Shown in pieces: positions 28,478-37,707 of a DNA stretch of 64,000 nucleotides (positions within the stretch are counted from its first letter, which is position 1; each line of letters opens with the position of its first letter). A model generated the notes under the pieces. The model searched no databases and was not told the origin of the DNA. It was given only the letters and a program-made list of their open reading frames with translations. The stretch is from a virus (lineage: Duplodnaviria; Heunggongvirae; Uroviricota; Caudoviricetes), in the IMG/VR virus record IMGVR_UViG_3300043467_001216. One strand, 5' to 3'. The translations under genes and the position numbers were made by a program.

Positions 28478-29922
28478 TGAAAAAAATAGTAAGATTAAAT
28501 GAGAATCAAATGACCGATGTCATTAAACGAATGATAATGGAGTCAGGGATTCGTGATATTAATAAAATCGCTGAGAGATATCGAAAAGCTAAAATTTATT
28601 TTCATCAAGATTTGGATGGTGTAACAACTGCGATTGCGATGAAAGAATATTTAAAACAATATGGGATTGAAACCGTTGATTGTGAGGTAATACAATACGG
28701 TGATAAAGAATGGTCGATTAAAAAACCTGAAGGTAGTGGTGATGTTATGCCTGTATTGGTTGACTTTGCTCACGGTAAACCAATGTTTGTTATTCACACA
28801 GACCACCACGACACACAAGCGGGTGTTGAATCAGGGACTGCAACAAACTTTAAATCATCACGTTCAAATGTTGAAACTATATCACAATCAATATCACCAA
28901 AAGAATTATTCCCAAGTGATGATTTGTTATTAATCTCGACGGTTGACTCGGCGAATTTTGCACCAAACGATATCACAGTTGATGAGGTTAATAATTACAT
29001 CTTCAACTTAGATAAAGAAAAATCAGTTCCAAAAAACAAAATGGCTCTTGGTTTGACGATTAATAAATTATTATTGGCGTTTAAAAACAAACCTGATTTC
29101 TTAGAAGAATTGGTTATGGAATCAACACCATCTTTACTTAATATCTTAACTAACATTAAGAGAATTATGAAAGAGAAGGGGTTTGCGTCAGTTGATGTTC
29201 TACAACAAAATAGAGACAACTACGTTCAATCAATGAAGAATCATCCTAACGTTAAAGTTATGGATAATATCATTGTTCAATACGGTGGTGGTAATATGAT
29301 GAAACCTGGTTCTTATGATAGGTATACACCATTTAAAAACAATCCTGAAGCTGACTTTATAGTTATTGCTTGGCCGTTGGGGTTAGTTCAAGCGTCTTGT
29401 AATCCATTCAAAAAAGAGAGAGCATTGAAAGGTGTTAACTTAGGTGAGGTTAAAGATGAGGTGTTATCTAAATGGGAAACACAATTAAAACAAAAAGAAA
29501 TTCCATTATCTACAATCAAATGGGTATCTGAGAACAAATTAAATACTGAGTCAGTTGGTTTTACGTTTAAAGATTTTGAAGCATTGTATGGTGAAAAATT
29601 TAGTAAGATTAACAACGGACCTGAATTATTAAACATTATTAGTAATATAATGCAAAGACATTATAATAGTTTAAGTGATAAACAAAAATCTATTATGGAG
29701 AAAGTAACTGTTAGTGCTTGGGATATAATTCAAGCTAATAGTGGTGGACACAAATGTATTACGAATATATCAGGTCTTAGTTATTTAGGTAAGAACCCTC
29801 AGAAATTATCAGGAGGTGGAAGTTACCAAAAAAGTGAAGATGATTCACCATCGGTTAAGTTTACAAAAATGATTCAAAACGAATTTGTAAGAGTATTACA
29901 ACAAAAAATACAAGAAGGTTAA
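28477..29922 (+). CDS. hypothetical protein (481 aa)
   Basis: ORF abutting the upstream stop. Confidence 0.5.
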   Translation: MKKIVRLNENQMTDVIKRMIMESGIRDINKIAERYRKAKIYFHQDLDGVTTAIAMKEYLKQYGIETVDCEVIQYGDKEWSIKKPEGSGDVMPVLVDFAHGKPMFVIHTDHHDTQAGVESGTATNFKSSRSNVETISQSISPKELFPSDDLLLISTVDSANFAPNDITVDEVNNYIFNLDKEKSVPKNKMALGLTINKLLLAFKNKPDFLEELVMESTPSLLNILTNIKRIMKEKGFASVDVLQQNRDNYVQSMKNHPNVKVMDNIIVQYGGGNMMKPGSYDRYTPFKNNPEADFIVIAWPLGLVQASCNPFKKERALKGVNLGEVKDEVLSKWETQLKQKEIPLSTIKWVSENKLNTESVGFTFKDFEALYGEKFSKINNGPELLNIISNIMQRHYNSLSDKQKSIMEKVTVSAWDIIQANSGGHKCITNISGLSYLGKNPQKLSGGGSYQKSEDDSPSVKFTKMIQNEFVRVLQQKIQEG

Positions 29923-30260
29923 AATTCTATTCGGTCGTCAAGTTTAATACCTAAACGTTTGCATGTACCACCTTTAACTTCTAAAATCATATCACCTTCA
30001 CCACAATAGTTTCCACAATCTTTTGATTTACAAGGGGGACAATTGTGGTGGATGTTTGATATCATACCATCTTTAATAAAGATTATATCCAAAGGTATCA
30101 CACAATTTTTCATCCAAAAACAATGGTCGGCATCATCCATTAAAAATAACATACCTTGATTTGGTGATGTAAACTTTTTTCCCATCATACCGTTTGATTT
30201 ATCCTTGGGGGTAATCATAGTTTTTACTACAAACTTGTTATTATTAATTCGAATATTCAT
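29919..30260 (-). CDS. DUF192-like protein with a Cys-rich C-terminal extension
   Basis: GMMGKKF...MLFLM...IPLDIIFI resembles DUF192 (COG1430). The C-terminus has CPPCKSKDCGNYCGEGD. Confidence 0.45.
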   Translation of the reverse strand: MNIRINNNKFVVKTMITPKDKSNGMMGKKFTSPNQGMLFLMDDADHCFWMKNCVIPLDIIFIKDGMISNIHHNCPPCKSKDCGNYCGEGDMILEVKGGTCKRLGIKLDDRIEF

Positions 30261-30307
30261 ATCTATAAATATTGTGAGGTTAAATAAAATTAACTATATT
30301 TGTTACT

Positions 30308-30742
30308 ATGAAATCGAGAGTGAATATAGTTAACAAGAAAGTTAAGTTTGAATACTTTTTCGTTGAGACATTTGTCGTTGGGGTTAAACTACAGGGTTCT
30401 GAGGTTAAGTCAATCAGTGACTCAAAAGTTTCAATGACTGATACGTATTGTTACTTTAAGAATGGTGAGTTATATGTTAAAGGGTTAAACATTGCTAGTT
30501 CTAATGTGTCATACGCTCACGAACCTATGAGGGAACGTAAATTGTTAATGAAGAAGAAAGAATTGCGTAAACTTGAGAACGAATTAATTAATGGGTTAAC
30601 GATTGTTCCGTATAGATTGTATCGTAATGAGACCGGGTTGATTAAGATGGAGATTGTATTAGCCAAAGGTAAGAAGTTGTGGGATAAGAGAGATTCGATT
30701 AAAGAACGAGATATAAATAGAGAATTAAAACGAGGTCTATGA
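30308..30742 (+). CDS. smpB: SsrA-binding protein SmpB
   Basis: Aligns along its whole length with bacterial SmpB: NKK.KFEYF..E....G..L.GSEVKS, NI....A...P.R.RKLL....EL.KL, LT.VP..LY......K.E..LAKGKK..DKR.SIKERD. 144 aa. Confidence 0.85.
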   Translation: MKSRVNIVNKKVKFEYFFVETFVVGVKLQGSEVKSISDSKVSMTDTYCYFKNGELYVKGLNIASSNVSYAHEPMRERKLLMKKKELRKLENELINGLTIVPYRLYRNETGLIKMEIVLAKGKKLWDKRDSIKERDINRELKRGL

Positions 30743-30978
30743 CAAAGGTATTAAAAGGTAAAATAGTCCACCAAGGTGGTGAACTAATGGTGGAACATTC
30801 ACCAAAGAAAATATTTGCAGAATTAAAAGGGGAGTCAATTGAAAAAGTCTTTTACAAGTATGATATTCTTAACCCCTTCACTGAACACAATTTAAAGGAG
30901 GGTGATGAGGTTGAATTTGTGTTTGAATTATATATTGATAATGGAGGTTCATTTAAATTTTGTGAAATAGTAAAATAG
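30739..30978 (+). CDS. hypothetical protein
   Basis: ORF overlapping the smpB stop. Confidence 0.4.
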   Translation: MTKVLKGKIVHQGGELMVEHSPKKIFAELKGESIEKVFYKYDILNPFTEHNLKEGDEVEFVFELYIDNGGSFKFCEIVK

Positions 30979-31121
30979 TGTTATATTTGTTGAAATAATT
31001 AAAGGATATGAAAACAATAGAGATAACACCACAAGAATTAAGAATGGCTACAAGACCTAACATCTATCGTAATAAGAAAAAATATTACAGAAAGAGTAAG
31101 CACAAGAATTCAGAAATTTAG

Positions 31122-31129
31122 TATATTTG
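31122..31129 (+). promoter_or_regulatory. TATATTTG -7-like promoter element upstream of the 31152 gene
   Basis: TAnnTTTG ~23 nt before the ATG. A second copy at 30982-30989 precedes a 37-aa Lys-rich ORF (31008-31121). Confidence 0.4.
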
Positions 31130-31151
31130 TTGAACATTTAAAATTTGAGAT

Positions 31152-31430
31152 ATGGTGATTAATAGTTTTCATAACATTAAAATAGAACACGAAAAGTTTG
31201 GAGTAGTATTAGATGAGACATTCATTGATGGAACACAATTCAAATTATTCCTTAAAGCGATTCACGGGTGTTTAGTTGAGAAAGAGGATTTGACATTCTT
31301 CAACGGGACTGATTTTTTAGTTCACGTCCCATTTAAACATTTGGTTGATTCGATAATCAAAACAGGTAAGACCGAGTATACCTCATCTGACCACGTTAAA
31401 AGTAAAATCGAAGCATTGGTAACAAAATGA
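31152..31430 (+). CDS. hypothetical protein
   Basis: ORF downstream of a TATATTTG promoter motif. Confidence 0.4.
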   Translation: MVINSFHNIKIEHEKFGVVLDETFIDGTQFKLFLKAIHGCLVEKEDLTFFNGTDFLVHVPFKHLVDSIIKTGKTEYTSSDHVKSKIEALVTK

Positions 31431-31876
31431 TGAAACTAATTTACATATTGTTGGTGGTGTTGGGGGTAAGTTCTTGTTATAAAGAAGACCCCCAACCAAA
31501 AGAGTCTAAACCTATTATCGTTTACCCATATGTGACTGATACAGTTACTGATTCAATACCAACATTGAAAGGGTCAACTTGGGTATTAACGGGAATCAGA
31601 ATTGGAGGTATAGGTAATCCTCAAACAGTTAGTGATACGTTACAATTTATATCAAACACAAGTTATAAATACAACGGGTATAGTTCAAAATATTCGTTGT
31701 ATTACACAGGTGGTGGTTTTAATATGAGTATTAACGGAACGTCTTGGGGTAATTTAAGTGGGACAATCTATGAATACAATTTAAAGAGTGGTAAAATCGA
31801 AGGGTTGAAATTTATTGATATTACACCTGGTTCGAGTAACCAAACAAATTATTTTCTTTGGATGAATAAAATCTGA
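31427..31876 (+). CDS. putative lipoprotein
   Basis: Signal peptide with a lipobox-like LGVSSC. Confidence 0.5.
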   Translation: MMKLIYILLVVLGVSSCYKEDPQPKESKPIIVYPYVTDTVTDSIPTLKGSTWVLTGIRIGGIGNPQTVSDTLQFISNTSYKYNGYSSKYSLYYTGGGFNMSINGTSWGNLSGTIYEYNLKSGKIEGLKFIDITPGSSNQTNYFLWMNKI

Positions 31877-31936
31877 TTGATAGTTTGAAATATTATATAT
31901 AAGTTTATTAACAATTAAAAATCTATTAGTTATGAA

Positions 31937-32170
31937 ATGAAAAGTTGGTTAAATTTAAGTAGTAATGGTTGGTTGGTATTGGCCTCTACGATTGTCTACA
32001 TCAGTGTCCTTACAATAATATTTGAATATGTTATTAGTAGAGAATTTCCGATGTTCTTACAAATGATATCAGTGTTTTTTGGGTTATTTTACACTGTGTC
32101 TCAATTAAAAATAATATCCAAATATGTTATAAATTTATTTAATTTTAAAGAAAAAGAAGAAGAAGTATGA
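31937..32170 (+). CDS. small membrane protein
   Basis: Two hydrophobic helices. Confidence 0.4.
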   Translation: MKSWLNLSSNGWLVLASTIVYISVLTIIFEYVISREFPMFLQMISVFFGLFYTVSQLKIISKYVINLFNFKEKEEEV

Positions 32171-33069
32171 TTACAATTATTTTATTAGTATTGTCATTGG
32201 TTGTTGCAGGTGTAATGATTTTTAGAGGTGTTGCGAATGATGACACTGTGAGTTTAAGAAACGGGATTATCGTTGGTGTATTGGGGATTGTTATCTCATT
32301 AATTCAACCATTCTCAACAGAACGAGTGGATACAGGTAACGTTGGTATCAAAGTTAATTTAACAGGTGATGCTCGTGGTGTATCGAAGTATGAGTACAAA
32401 ACAGGTTGGGTAGTTTATAACTCTTGGACTGAAACAATGTATGAGTTCCCTGTGTTCCAACAACACATTGAGTATGGTGACCAAATGGTGATTACTAAGG
32501 GTGGATTTACCACAACTATTAACCCTACGTTTAACTACAAATTGAAATCTAGTACAGTTGGGGATATGTTCCAAAACTTGAGATTACCGATTAAAGAAGT
32601 GGAGCAAGGATGGTTGAAAAATGCAATCGTTGGAGCGGTGAATGACGTGGCGAATACTTGGTCTGTCGATAGTATCTTTAACCACCGTGAAAATTTCGAG
32701 TCTAATATCGTAGTCGAATGTAATAAACGATTGATTAAATGGTTTGACGTATCTCAGTTGAGAACTAACATTACACCTCCTGAGGCATTACAAGAATCAA
32801 TTATCGCAAAAACAAGAGCCATCCAACAAGCGGAAGCATCTAAACAACAAGCAATTGCTGCTCAGGCTGATGGTCAACGTAAAGTTGCGGTTGCAAAGGC
32901 TGACTCCGCAGAGACTGTTATCAACGCATCCGCTAAGGCGAGAGCGATGGATTTAACACAACAAAAGTTAACACCTTTGTATGTTGAATATAAGAAAATT
33001 GAGAAATGGGATGGTCAATTACCTTCAACAGTTGCGGGTGGAACAGGAACATTCTTGAATATAAAATAA
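32167..33069 (+). CDS. SPFH/band-7 (prohibitin-like) membrane protein
   Basis: N-terminal TM helix. C-terminal Ala/Gln-rich coiled region (AIQQAEASKQQAIAAQADGQRKVAVAKAD) typical of the SPFH family. Confidence 0.5.
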   Translation: MITIILLVLSLVVAGVMIFRGVANDDTVSLRNGIIVGVLGIVISLIQPFSTERVDTGNVGIKVNLTGDARGVSKYEYKTGWVVYNSWTETMYEFPVFQQHIEYGDQMVITKGGFTTTINPTFNYKLKSSTVGDMFQNLRLPIKEVEQGWLKNAIVGAVNDVANTWSVDSIFNHRENFESNIVVECNKRLIKWFDVSQLRTNITPPEALQESIIAKTRAIQQAEASKQQAIAAQADGQRKVAVAKADSAETVINASAKARAMDLTQQKLTPLYVEYKKIEKWDGQLPSTVAGGTGTFLNIK

Positions 33070-33140
33070 TAAACATAATACAATATGGTAACGACAATGG
33101 TGTCGTTACCATTAATAACCAACAACCAAAACTTATAGAT

Positions 33141-33656
33141 ATGAAATTAGATGTGTCAAATTTATTATTAAACGATTTAGTTGAACTTAGAGATAAAATC
33201 AATGGTTTAATTTGGGAATATAAAGATGGACACATCTACATCTGTAAGGTTAGGTCTTATGGTCGTAATTGGGAAGAAAAGGGTATTACTAATATAAGTA
33301 GATTGAGAGACTTATGTTATGAATATGATGGTGAAAACGGTATTGTTGACATCTACACGACAAATACTGACTTAGGTGAAGGTTTTTATAACTATGGTGA
33401 TACTAAAGTTATAAAATCACTTGAGGACTATGAGAAGTGGAATAAACACAAGGGATTAACTATACTCCTTCAAAGGATGGAAGAAGAATTACGTGATGAT
33501 GCTGAGGACCAAGAGAAACCTTATAATCAACGACGTTCTCATTTTAGAACATACTACACTCAGGAAATGGTTGATGAACTGAAGGAAGATATAAAAAACC
33601 TTCCAATGGATTTTGAACCTCCAAGAAATTATTTTCAGTATGAGGATGCTGAGTAA
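33141..33656 (+). CDS. hypothetical protein
   Basis: The ORF-track ORF 33006..33656 is trimmed to the first in-frame ATG after the upstream stop. The start is uncertain. Confidence 0.4.
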   Translation: MKLDVSNLLLNDLVELRDKINGLIWEYKDGHIYICKVRSYGRNWEEKGITNISRLRDLCYEYDGENGIVDIYTTNTDLGEGFYNYGDTKVIKSLEDYEKWNKHKGLTILLQRMEEELRDDAEDQEKPYNQRRSHFRTYYTQEMVDELKEDIKNLPMDFEPPRNYFQYEDAE

Positions 33657-33669
33657 TTGAAATTTTGTT

Positions 33670-33677
33670 TATATTTG
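33670..33677 (+). promoter_or_regulatory. TATATTTG -7-like promoter element upstream of the 33703 gene
   Basis: TAnnTTTG 26 nt before the ATG. Confidence 0.4.
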
Positions 33678-33702
33678 TATATATAAATAAAAACAAACGG
33701 AT

Positions 33703-33927
33703 ATGAGTTCAGAGACATTAGGTACATTAGCAGTGATAGGTTTTGGTGGGTATATGATTTTCAAATTTTGGAAGACAGCAATAAAATTAGTGATTGGATT
33801 AATTTGTTTTTGTATTGTTTACACTTATTTTTCATTGAAAAAATATTTTAACGGTTCAACTGAAGGTAAACAAAAAATTGAACAAGTTGTTGAAGAAACT
33901 GTTAAAGAATCAACACCTGGTTATTAG
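33703..33927 (+). CDS. small membrane protein
   Basis: Two TM helices. A promoter motif lies upstream and a terminator downstream. Confidence 0.45.
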   Translation: MSSETLGTLAVIGFGGYMIFKFWKTAIKLVIGLICFCIVYTYFSLKKYFNGSTEGKQKIEQVVEETVKESTPGY

Positions 33928-33985
33928 GAAATAACGTTTCTTTGTATCGTATAACAAAGTGGTGGATGTGCCTCTATGGCCCCAA

Positions 33986-34013
33986 AGGGAGATTTCGGTC
34001 TCCCTTTTTTTAT
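33986..34013 (+). terminator. intrinsic terminator AGGGAGATTTCGGTCTCCCTTTTTTTATTT
   Basis: After the 33703..33927 gene. Confidence 0.75.
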
Positions 34014-34041
34014 TTAGATATATTTATAAATAAAAGGTATT

Positions 34042-34398
34042 ATGGGAACAATTATTATAAATGAAAAACAATTAGAAACTTTAGTTAATAGATTGAAAAA
34101 TAACATTAATGAAGGTGGTAATCACAATAACTCTCGATATATGTTCTTTAGTAATTTGGAACAAATTAAAAGACAATGTGAAATGTTATTGGAAATGGAT
34201 GAATCAACAATTAATGAGATATTAGAAAACGGTCACGATTGGGCTCAGGACCATATTGCTGAAGCAAAAAACAATATGGACCAAGTATTTGATTTCTTAA
34301 TGAATGAGACAAAAGGTGAAGGTGAGGATGATGAAGATTACGAAGATGATGATTACGAAGATGATGATGAGGACGTTGATTTCGGTGACGATTTTTAA
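34042..34398 (+). CDS. acidic hypothetical protein
   Basis: C-terminal run DDEDYEDDDYEDDDEDVDFGDDF. Confidence 0.45.
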   Translation: MGTIIINEKQLETLVNRLKNNINEGGNHNNSRYMFFSNLEQIKRQCEMLLEMDESTINEILENGHDWAQDHIAEAKNNMDQVFDFLMNETKGEGEDDEDYEDDDYEDDDEDVDFGDDF

Positions 34399-34455
34399 TT
34401 AACAAATGTTTGATATTATAAAACCTTTATCCTATAATTAGATAAAGGTTTTTTT

Positions 34456-34977
34456 ATGGAATATCCCCAAGTTAATTTCAATCAGGTGTTTGTGGACCAC
34501 CGAGGAACATTCACTCCACTATCTTTAAATTCCTACGATAAGGAATGGTTACAAAGTAACATTAGTATTAACCCCCAAATGTTTACTCTAAGAGGTTTAC
34601 ACTTCCAAGTTGGGGATAAGGCTCAGTCCAAACTAATTAAGGTGATTACAGGGTCTATTGTTGATTTCATAGTTGATATTCGTGAGGATTCACCTGAGTA
34701 TATGAAATTGTATCATTATAATATGGTGTCGGGTTCTGAATTACTAGTACCGAGGGGTTTTGCTCACGGGTTTATGACAACGCAACCAAATACGGTAGTT
34801 CAGTATTTAGTTGACAATGTTTATTCACCCGAATCGGAAGGGTCGATTTATTGGAAAGAGATTGAAGGGTTGTACGATGTGTTGAATTTTGCGTCATATT
34901 TTAAAGAATTAGAAGATGAAGACATTATAATGTCGGTTAAAGATTATAAAACTATAAATTTTAAATTAAACAAATAA
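34456..34977 (+). CDS. dTDP-4-dehydrorhamnose 3,5-epimerase-like cupin (RmlC family)
   Basis: RGLHFQ...QSKLIKV.TGSIVDFIVDIR..SP.......S.....L.VPRGFAHGF matches conserved RmlC blocks. Confidence 0.6.
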   Translation: MEYPQVNFNQVFVDHRGTFTPLSLNSYDKEWLQSNISINPQMFTLRGLHFQVGDKAQSKLIKVITGSIVDFIVDIREDSPEYMKLYHYNMVSGSELLVPRGFAHGFMTTQPNTVVQYLVDNVYSPESEGSIYWKEIEGLYDVLNFASYFKELEDEDIIMSVKDYKTINFKLNK

Positions 34978-34988
34978 AATATAGAGGT

Positions 34989-35207
34989 ATGTTATACGAA
35001 AATGAAATTAAAAAATTAGATGTGTATTTTGAAGGGAAGTATCTTATTGATGAAGAGAAAGACCTTGAGTTAAAGAAAATACTAAGTTACGTTATTGAAG
35101 AACGTAAGAAGTTCAAACAGATGGTGAATGAAACCCCAAACGATATGGACTTAGGTAAACTAGTAAGAAGTTATTATAGAAATTTAAATGAAGGTGAAAC
35201 GATTTAA
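34989..35207 (+). CDS. hypothetical protein
   Basis: ORF. Confidence 0.35.
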   Translation: MLYENEIKKLDVYFEGKYLIDEEKDLELKKILSYVIEERKKFKQMVNETPNDMDLGKLVRSYYRNLNEGETI

Positions 35208-35385
35208 ATTTGATATTCCAACTTTAATTGTTGGTAAATCAATAGATGAGGCTCGAAAGATATGTTTGGCGGAAGGTTATGTTTTAAGTTTGGGTGACAA
35301 GGTGGATATGAATGAAACTTATCTTATTAATGTAACAGAATTAGGACCTGATGGTAAAATATTAAACGCCAAATACGGTAAATAA
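35188..35385 (+). CDS. hypothetical protein
   Basis: ORF. Confidence 0.35.
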   Translation: MKVKRFKFDIPTLIVGKSIDEARKICLAEGYVLSLGDKVDMNETYLINVTELGPDGKILNAKYGK

Positions 35386-35421
35386 GGGTATTGGGTATAT
35401 TTATAAATAAAAGTTTATAAA

Positions 35422-35889
35422 ATGGAAAAAGTTTTTAGTAAAAAATCAATATTGAATAAAAGACTATTCGAACAGGAAGAGGAAAAGGATGATACTAACG
35501 TTGAAAAATCTGAAGGTAAAGTAAGCGGGTCATTTGTTGATATAGTTTCAGGGATTTTACATTCAAGAACTCAAATACATATATATCATTTACAAACAAA
35601 ATCGTTTGCGGTTCATAAAGCCTTAAATGATTATTATGATGGTGTTGTTGATTTATTTGACGGTTTAGTTGAATCATATCAAGGTAAACACGGAATTGTT
35701 GAGGATTATAAATGTGATGGTTACGATAATTACACTAGTGTTAATAGTGCAATTGAATACTTACAGAAATTGGATAAAACAATTGAGAGTTCAAGAAAAT
35801 CAGTTAAAGAAAGTTTCATTCAAAATCAAATAGACACAGTTCAAGAATTAATTTACTCAACTATTTATAAGTTGAAATTCTTGGAATAA
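35422..35889 (+). CDS. hypothetical protein (possibly ferritin/Dps-like, helical)
   Basis: IYHLQTKSFAVHKALNDYYD has His/Asp spacing reminiscent of a Dps ferroxidase site. Weak. Confidence 0.4.
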   Translation: MEKVFSKKSILNKRLFEQEEEKDDTNVEKSEGKVSGSFVDIVSGILHSRTQIHIYHLQTKSFAVHKALNDYYDGVVDLFDGLVESYQGKHGIVEDYKCDGYDNYTSVNSAIEYLQKLDKTIESSRKSVKESFIQNQIDTVQELIYSTIYKLKFLE

Positions 35890-35916
35890 TTTACTTTTCA
35901 TAGTATTTTAATTTTT

Positions 35917-35947
35917 ACCCCAATTTTAATTAGTTGGGGTTTTTTAT
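35917..35947 (+). terminator. intrinsic terminator CCCCAATTTTAATTAGTTGGGGTTTTTTATT
   Basis: Stem plus a T-run. Confidence 0.7.
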
Positions 35948-35955
35948 TATATTTG
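35948..35955 (+). promoter_or_regulatory. TATATTTG -7-like promoter element
   Basis: Immediately after the terminator at 35917-35947 and before the ATG at 35960. Confidence 0.4.
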
Positions 35956-35959
35956 TTTT

Positions 35960-36286
35960 ATGGATGCGAAAGGAAAATATAAGTTAGCCGAATTGCTTGT
36001 TGATAAGACAAAATTAGCCGTAAATTATGAAGGGATTAACTTCATCCAATTCAGAATTGAATTTCCATTTTTAAAAGGTGGTGTTTGTAAGGATTACTAT
36101 TTAAAACTTGAGTTGGAAAAAAATTCTTGGAATTTTGGAATGCCACCTAATTATCACTTAATCACTTACTTAGAAACTTTATTCAGAATTAAAGATGAAT
36201 CAATAATAAACGAGATTCGTGAATTATATCTTGATATATTTGAAGAAAGAATTAAAAATTTACAAGTATATCTATTGACACATTGA
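35960..36286 (+). CDS. hypothetical protein
   Basis: ORF. Confidence 0.4.
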   Translation: MDAKGKYKLAELLVDKTKLAVNYEGINFIQFRIEFPFLKGGVCKDYYLKLELEKNSWNFGMPPNYHLITYLETLFRIKDESIINEIRELYLDIFEERIKNLQVYLLTH

Positions 36287-36329
36287 AATAAAATCTATAT
36301 GATTGTTATATAAGAAAAAAGATAATAAT

Positions 36330-36764
36330 ATGACAATCAAACAGGCGTTAAAGGAGAAGAACCGATTGATTAAAGCAATCGACGATGAGTTCAAAAAAGT
36401 GTACTCATACAACTCAATAGATGAGGGTAATGTTAGACCATACTCAACGGTTACGGCATTAGAAAACATAATGACTTTGGAAGAAGGTCTAATCGACATC
36501 AAAACAAAAATCCATAGAGCAAATATGGGTGTTTACAATAAGATTTTCAGATTGTCTGAGTTGAAATCTTTGGCGAAAAGATTAACCCAAATTAATTGTG
36601 ATGAAGGTAAAGTAACTGACAGATACCATAGAGGTACTGAACCATCAATTAAAACTGCGGAAGTGTCAGTTGTTGATAGAGACTCACGAGTTAAAATGAT
36701 TGAAGAAGAGATTGAACAATTGCAAGAAGAGTTAGATACTCACAACGCAACCACATCAATATAA
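36330..36764 (+). CDS. hypothetical protein
   Basis: ORF 36303..36764 trimmed to the internal ATG. Confidence 0.45.
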   Translation: MTIKQALKEKNRLIKAIDDEFKKVYSYNSIDEGNVRPYSTVTALENIMTLEEGLIDIKTKIHRANMGVYNKIFRLSELKSLAKRLTQINCDEGKVTDRYHRGTEPSIKTAEVSVVDRDSRVKMIEEEIEQLQEELDTHNATTSI

Positions 36765-36936
36765 TCGGACTTGTTGTTGACTAATAAATCATTACTAAAT
36801 TCTTCAGAGATGTTCGATGTTTATGACCGTGATGCCGACTCAAAGTTCAACCATCAAATTTATTCAAGGTTCACTAATTAAAAATTAAAACTCGTCTACC
36901 TGGGATTTGTTTTTCAACACAATAAGATTATATTTC

Positions 36937-36968
36937 CCCCCATCTGTTAAAGGTGGGGGTTTTTTTAT
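36937..36968 (+). terminator. intrinsic terminator CCCCCCATCTGTTAAAGGTGGGGGTTTTTTTATT
   Basis: Stem plus a T-run. It sits 175 nt after the 36764 stop, implying a long 3' UTR. Confidence 0.7.
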
Positions 36969-36969
36969 T

Positions 36970-36977
36970 ATATTTGT
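36970..36977 (+). promoter_or_regulatory. TATATTTG -7-like promoter element
   Basis: After the terminator at 36937-36968 and before the ATG at 36998. Confidence 0.4.
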
Positions 36978-36997
36978 ATTTAGTAATATTTATTGAT

Positions 36998-37678
36998 ATG
37001 GAAGACAAAAAATATATAGAAATCTTTAACAAATACTCTAAAAACGCGGTTGATATTGAAGGTATCAAATTTACGTTGATAGGTATCAATAACCCTGGTG
37101 TTGGAAACCAATTAATCAACGAACAATTGGTGTTTAGAATGTCAAATGTAGATGATTTATCTTATAATATATTTTCGTTAGTTGAATTAATTCGGGATAA
37201 AGTTCTAAAGTTTAACAGGTTATTTAGTTTGGGGAATTTTGGTTTTGATGAAATTGAAATTGAAAATGCTGATGGAGTTTACATTGGTAAAGGTGATAAT
37301 GTGGGGGAATTAATTAGTGGTGTGTTTGAGAATACTACAAAATTAAAAACACACAAATATTACTCAACTGATTATGGTCAAGAAGTGGTAGATGTGTTTA
37401 TGGTTAAACACATTTCATTTAAATATGAAATGGATGGTGACTTTATTAGATTTGTGAATAAAGTAAGACCAATTAAAGCTTATGTTGTTGGGGTTAATTC
37501 AAGACAACCTGTTGGTGAACTTGACCTTGAAGATGCTGAATATGTGTATCAGGAAGGTTTTACTGGTTCGTATGAGGAAACTGAATTGAATTATACTAAG
37601 ATGGATTACCTTGATTTTCCTAAAAGGTTTATGGATGGAGATTTCCAATCAACTTATGTCTATACCGATTTCTTATAA
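36998..37678 (+). CDS. hypothetical protein
   Basis: ORF 36953.. trimmed to the ATG at 36998, which is downstream of the terminator and promoter motif. Confidence 0.45.
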   Translation: MEDKKYIEIFNKYSKNAVDIEGIKFTLIGINNPGVGNQLINEQLVFRMSNVDDLSYNIFSLVELIRDKVLKFNRLFSLGNFGFDEIEIENADGVYIGKGDNVGELISGVFENTTKLKTHKYYSTDYGQEVVDVFMVKHISFKYEMDGDFIRFVNKVRPIKAYVVGVNSRQPVGELDLEDAEYVYQEGFTGSYEETELNYTKMDYLDFPKRFMDGDFQSTYVYTDFL

Positions 37679-37683
37679 AAAAA

Positions 37684-37707
37684 CCCCCAAGATAGGGGGT
37701 TTTTCTT
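37684..37707. terminator. bidirectional terminator AAAAAACCCCCAAGATAGGGGGTTTTTC between convergent genes
   Basis: A/T-flanked GC stem. Confidence 0.75.

Noticed and set aside
35422-35889. Dps/ferritin assignment for the 155-aa helical protein
   Set aside because: The His-His spacing differs from Dps by 3 residues and there is no clear ferroxidase Glu/Asp pattern. Kept only as a low-confidence note.
36765-36936. 175-nt ORF-free stretch between the 36764 stop and the terminator at 36937, as a possible sRNA
   Set aside because: There is no independent promoter motif or obvious conserved hairpins. It is most simply a 3' UTR.
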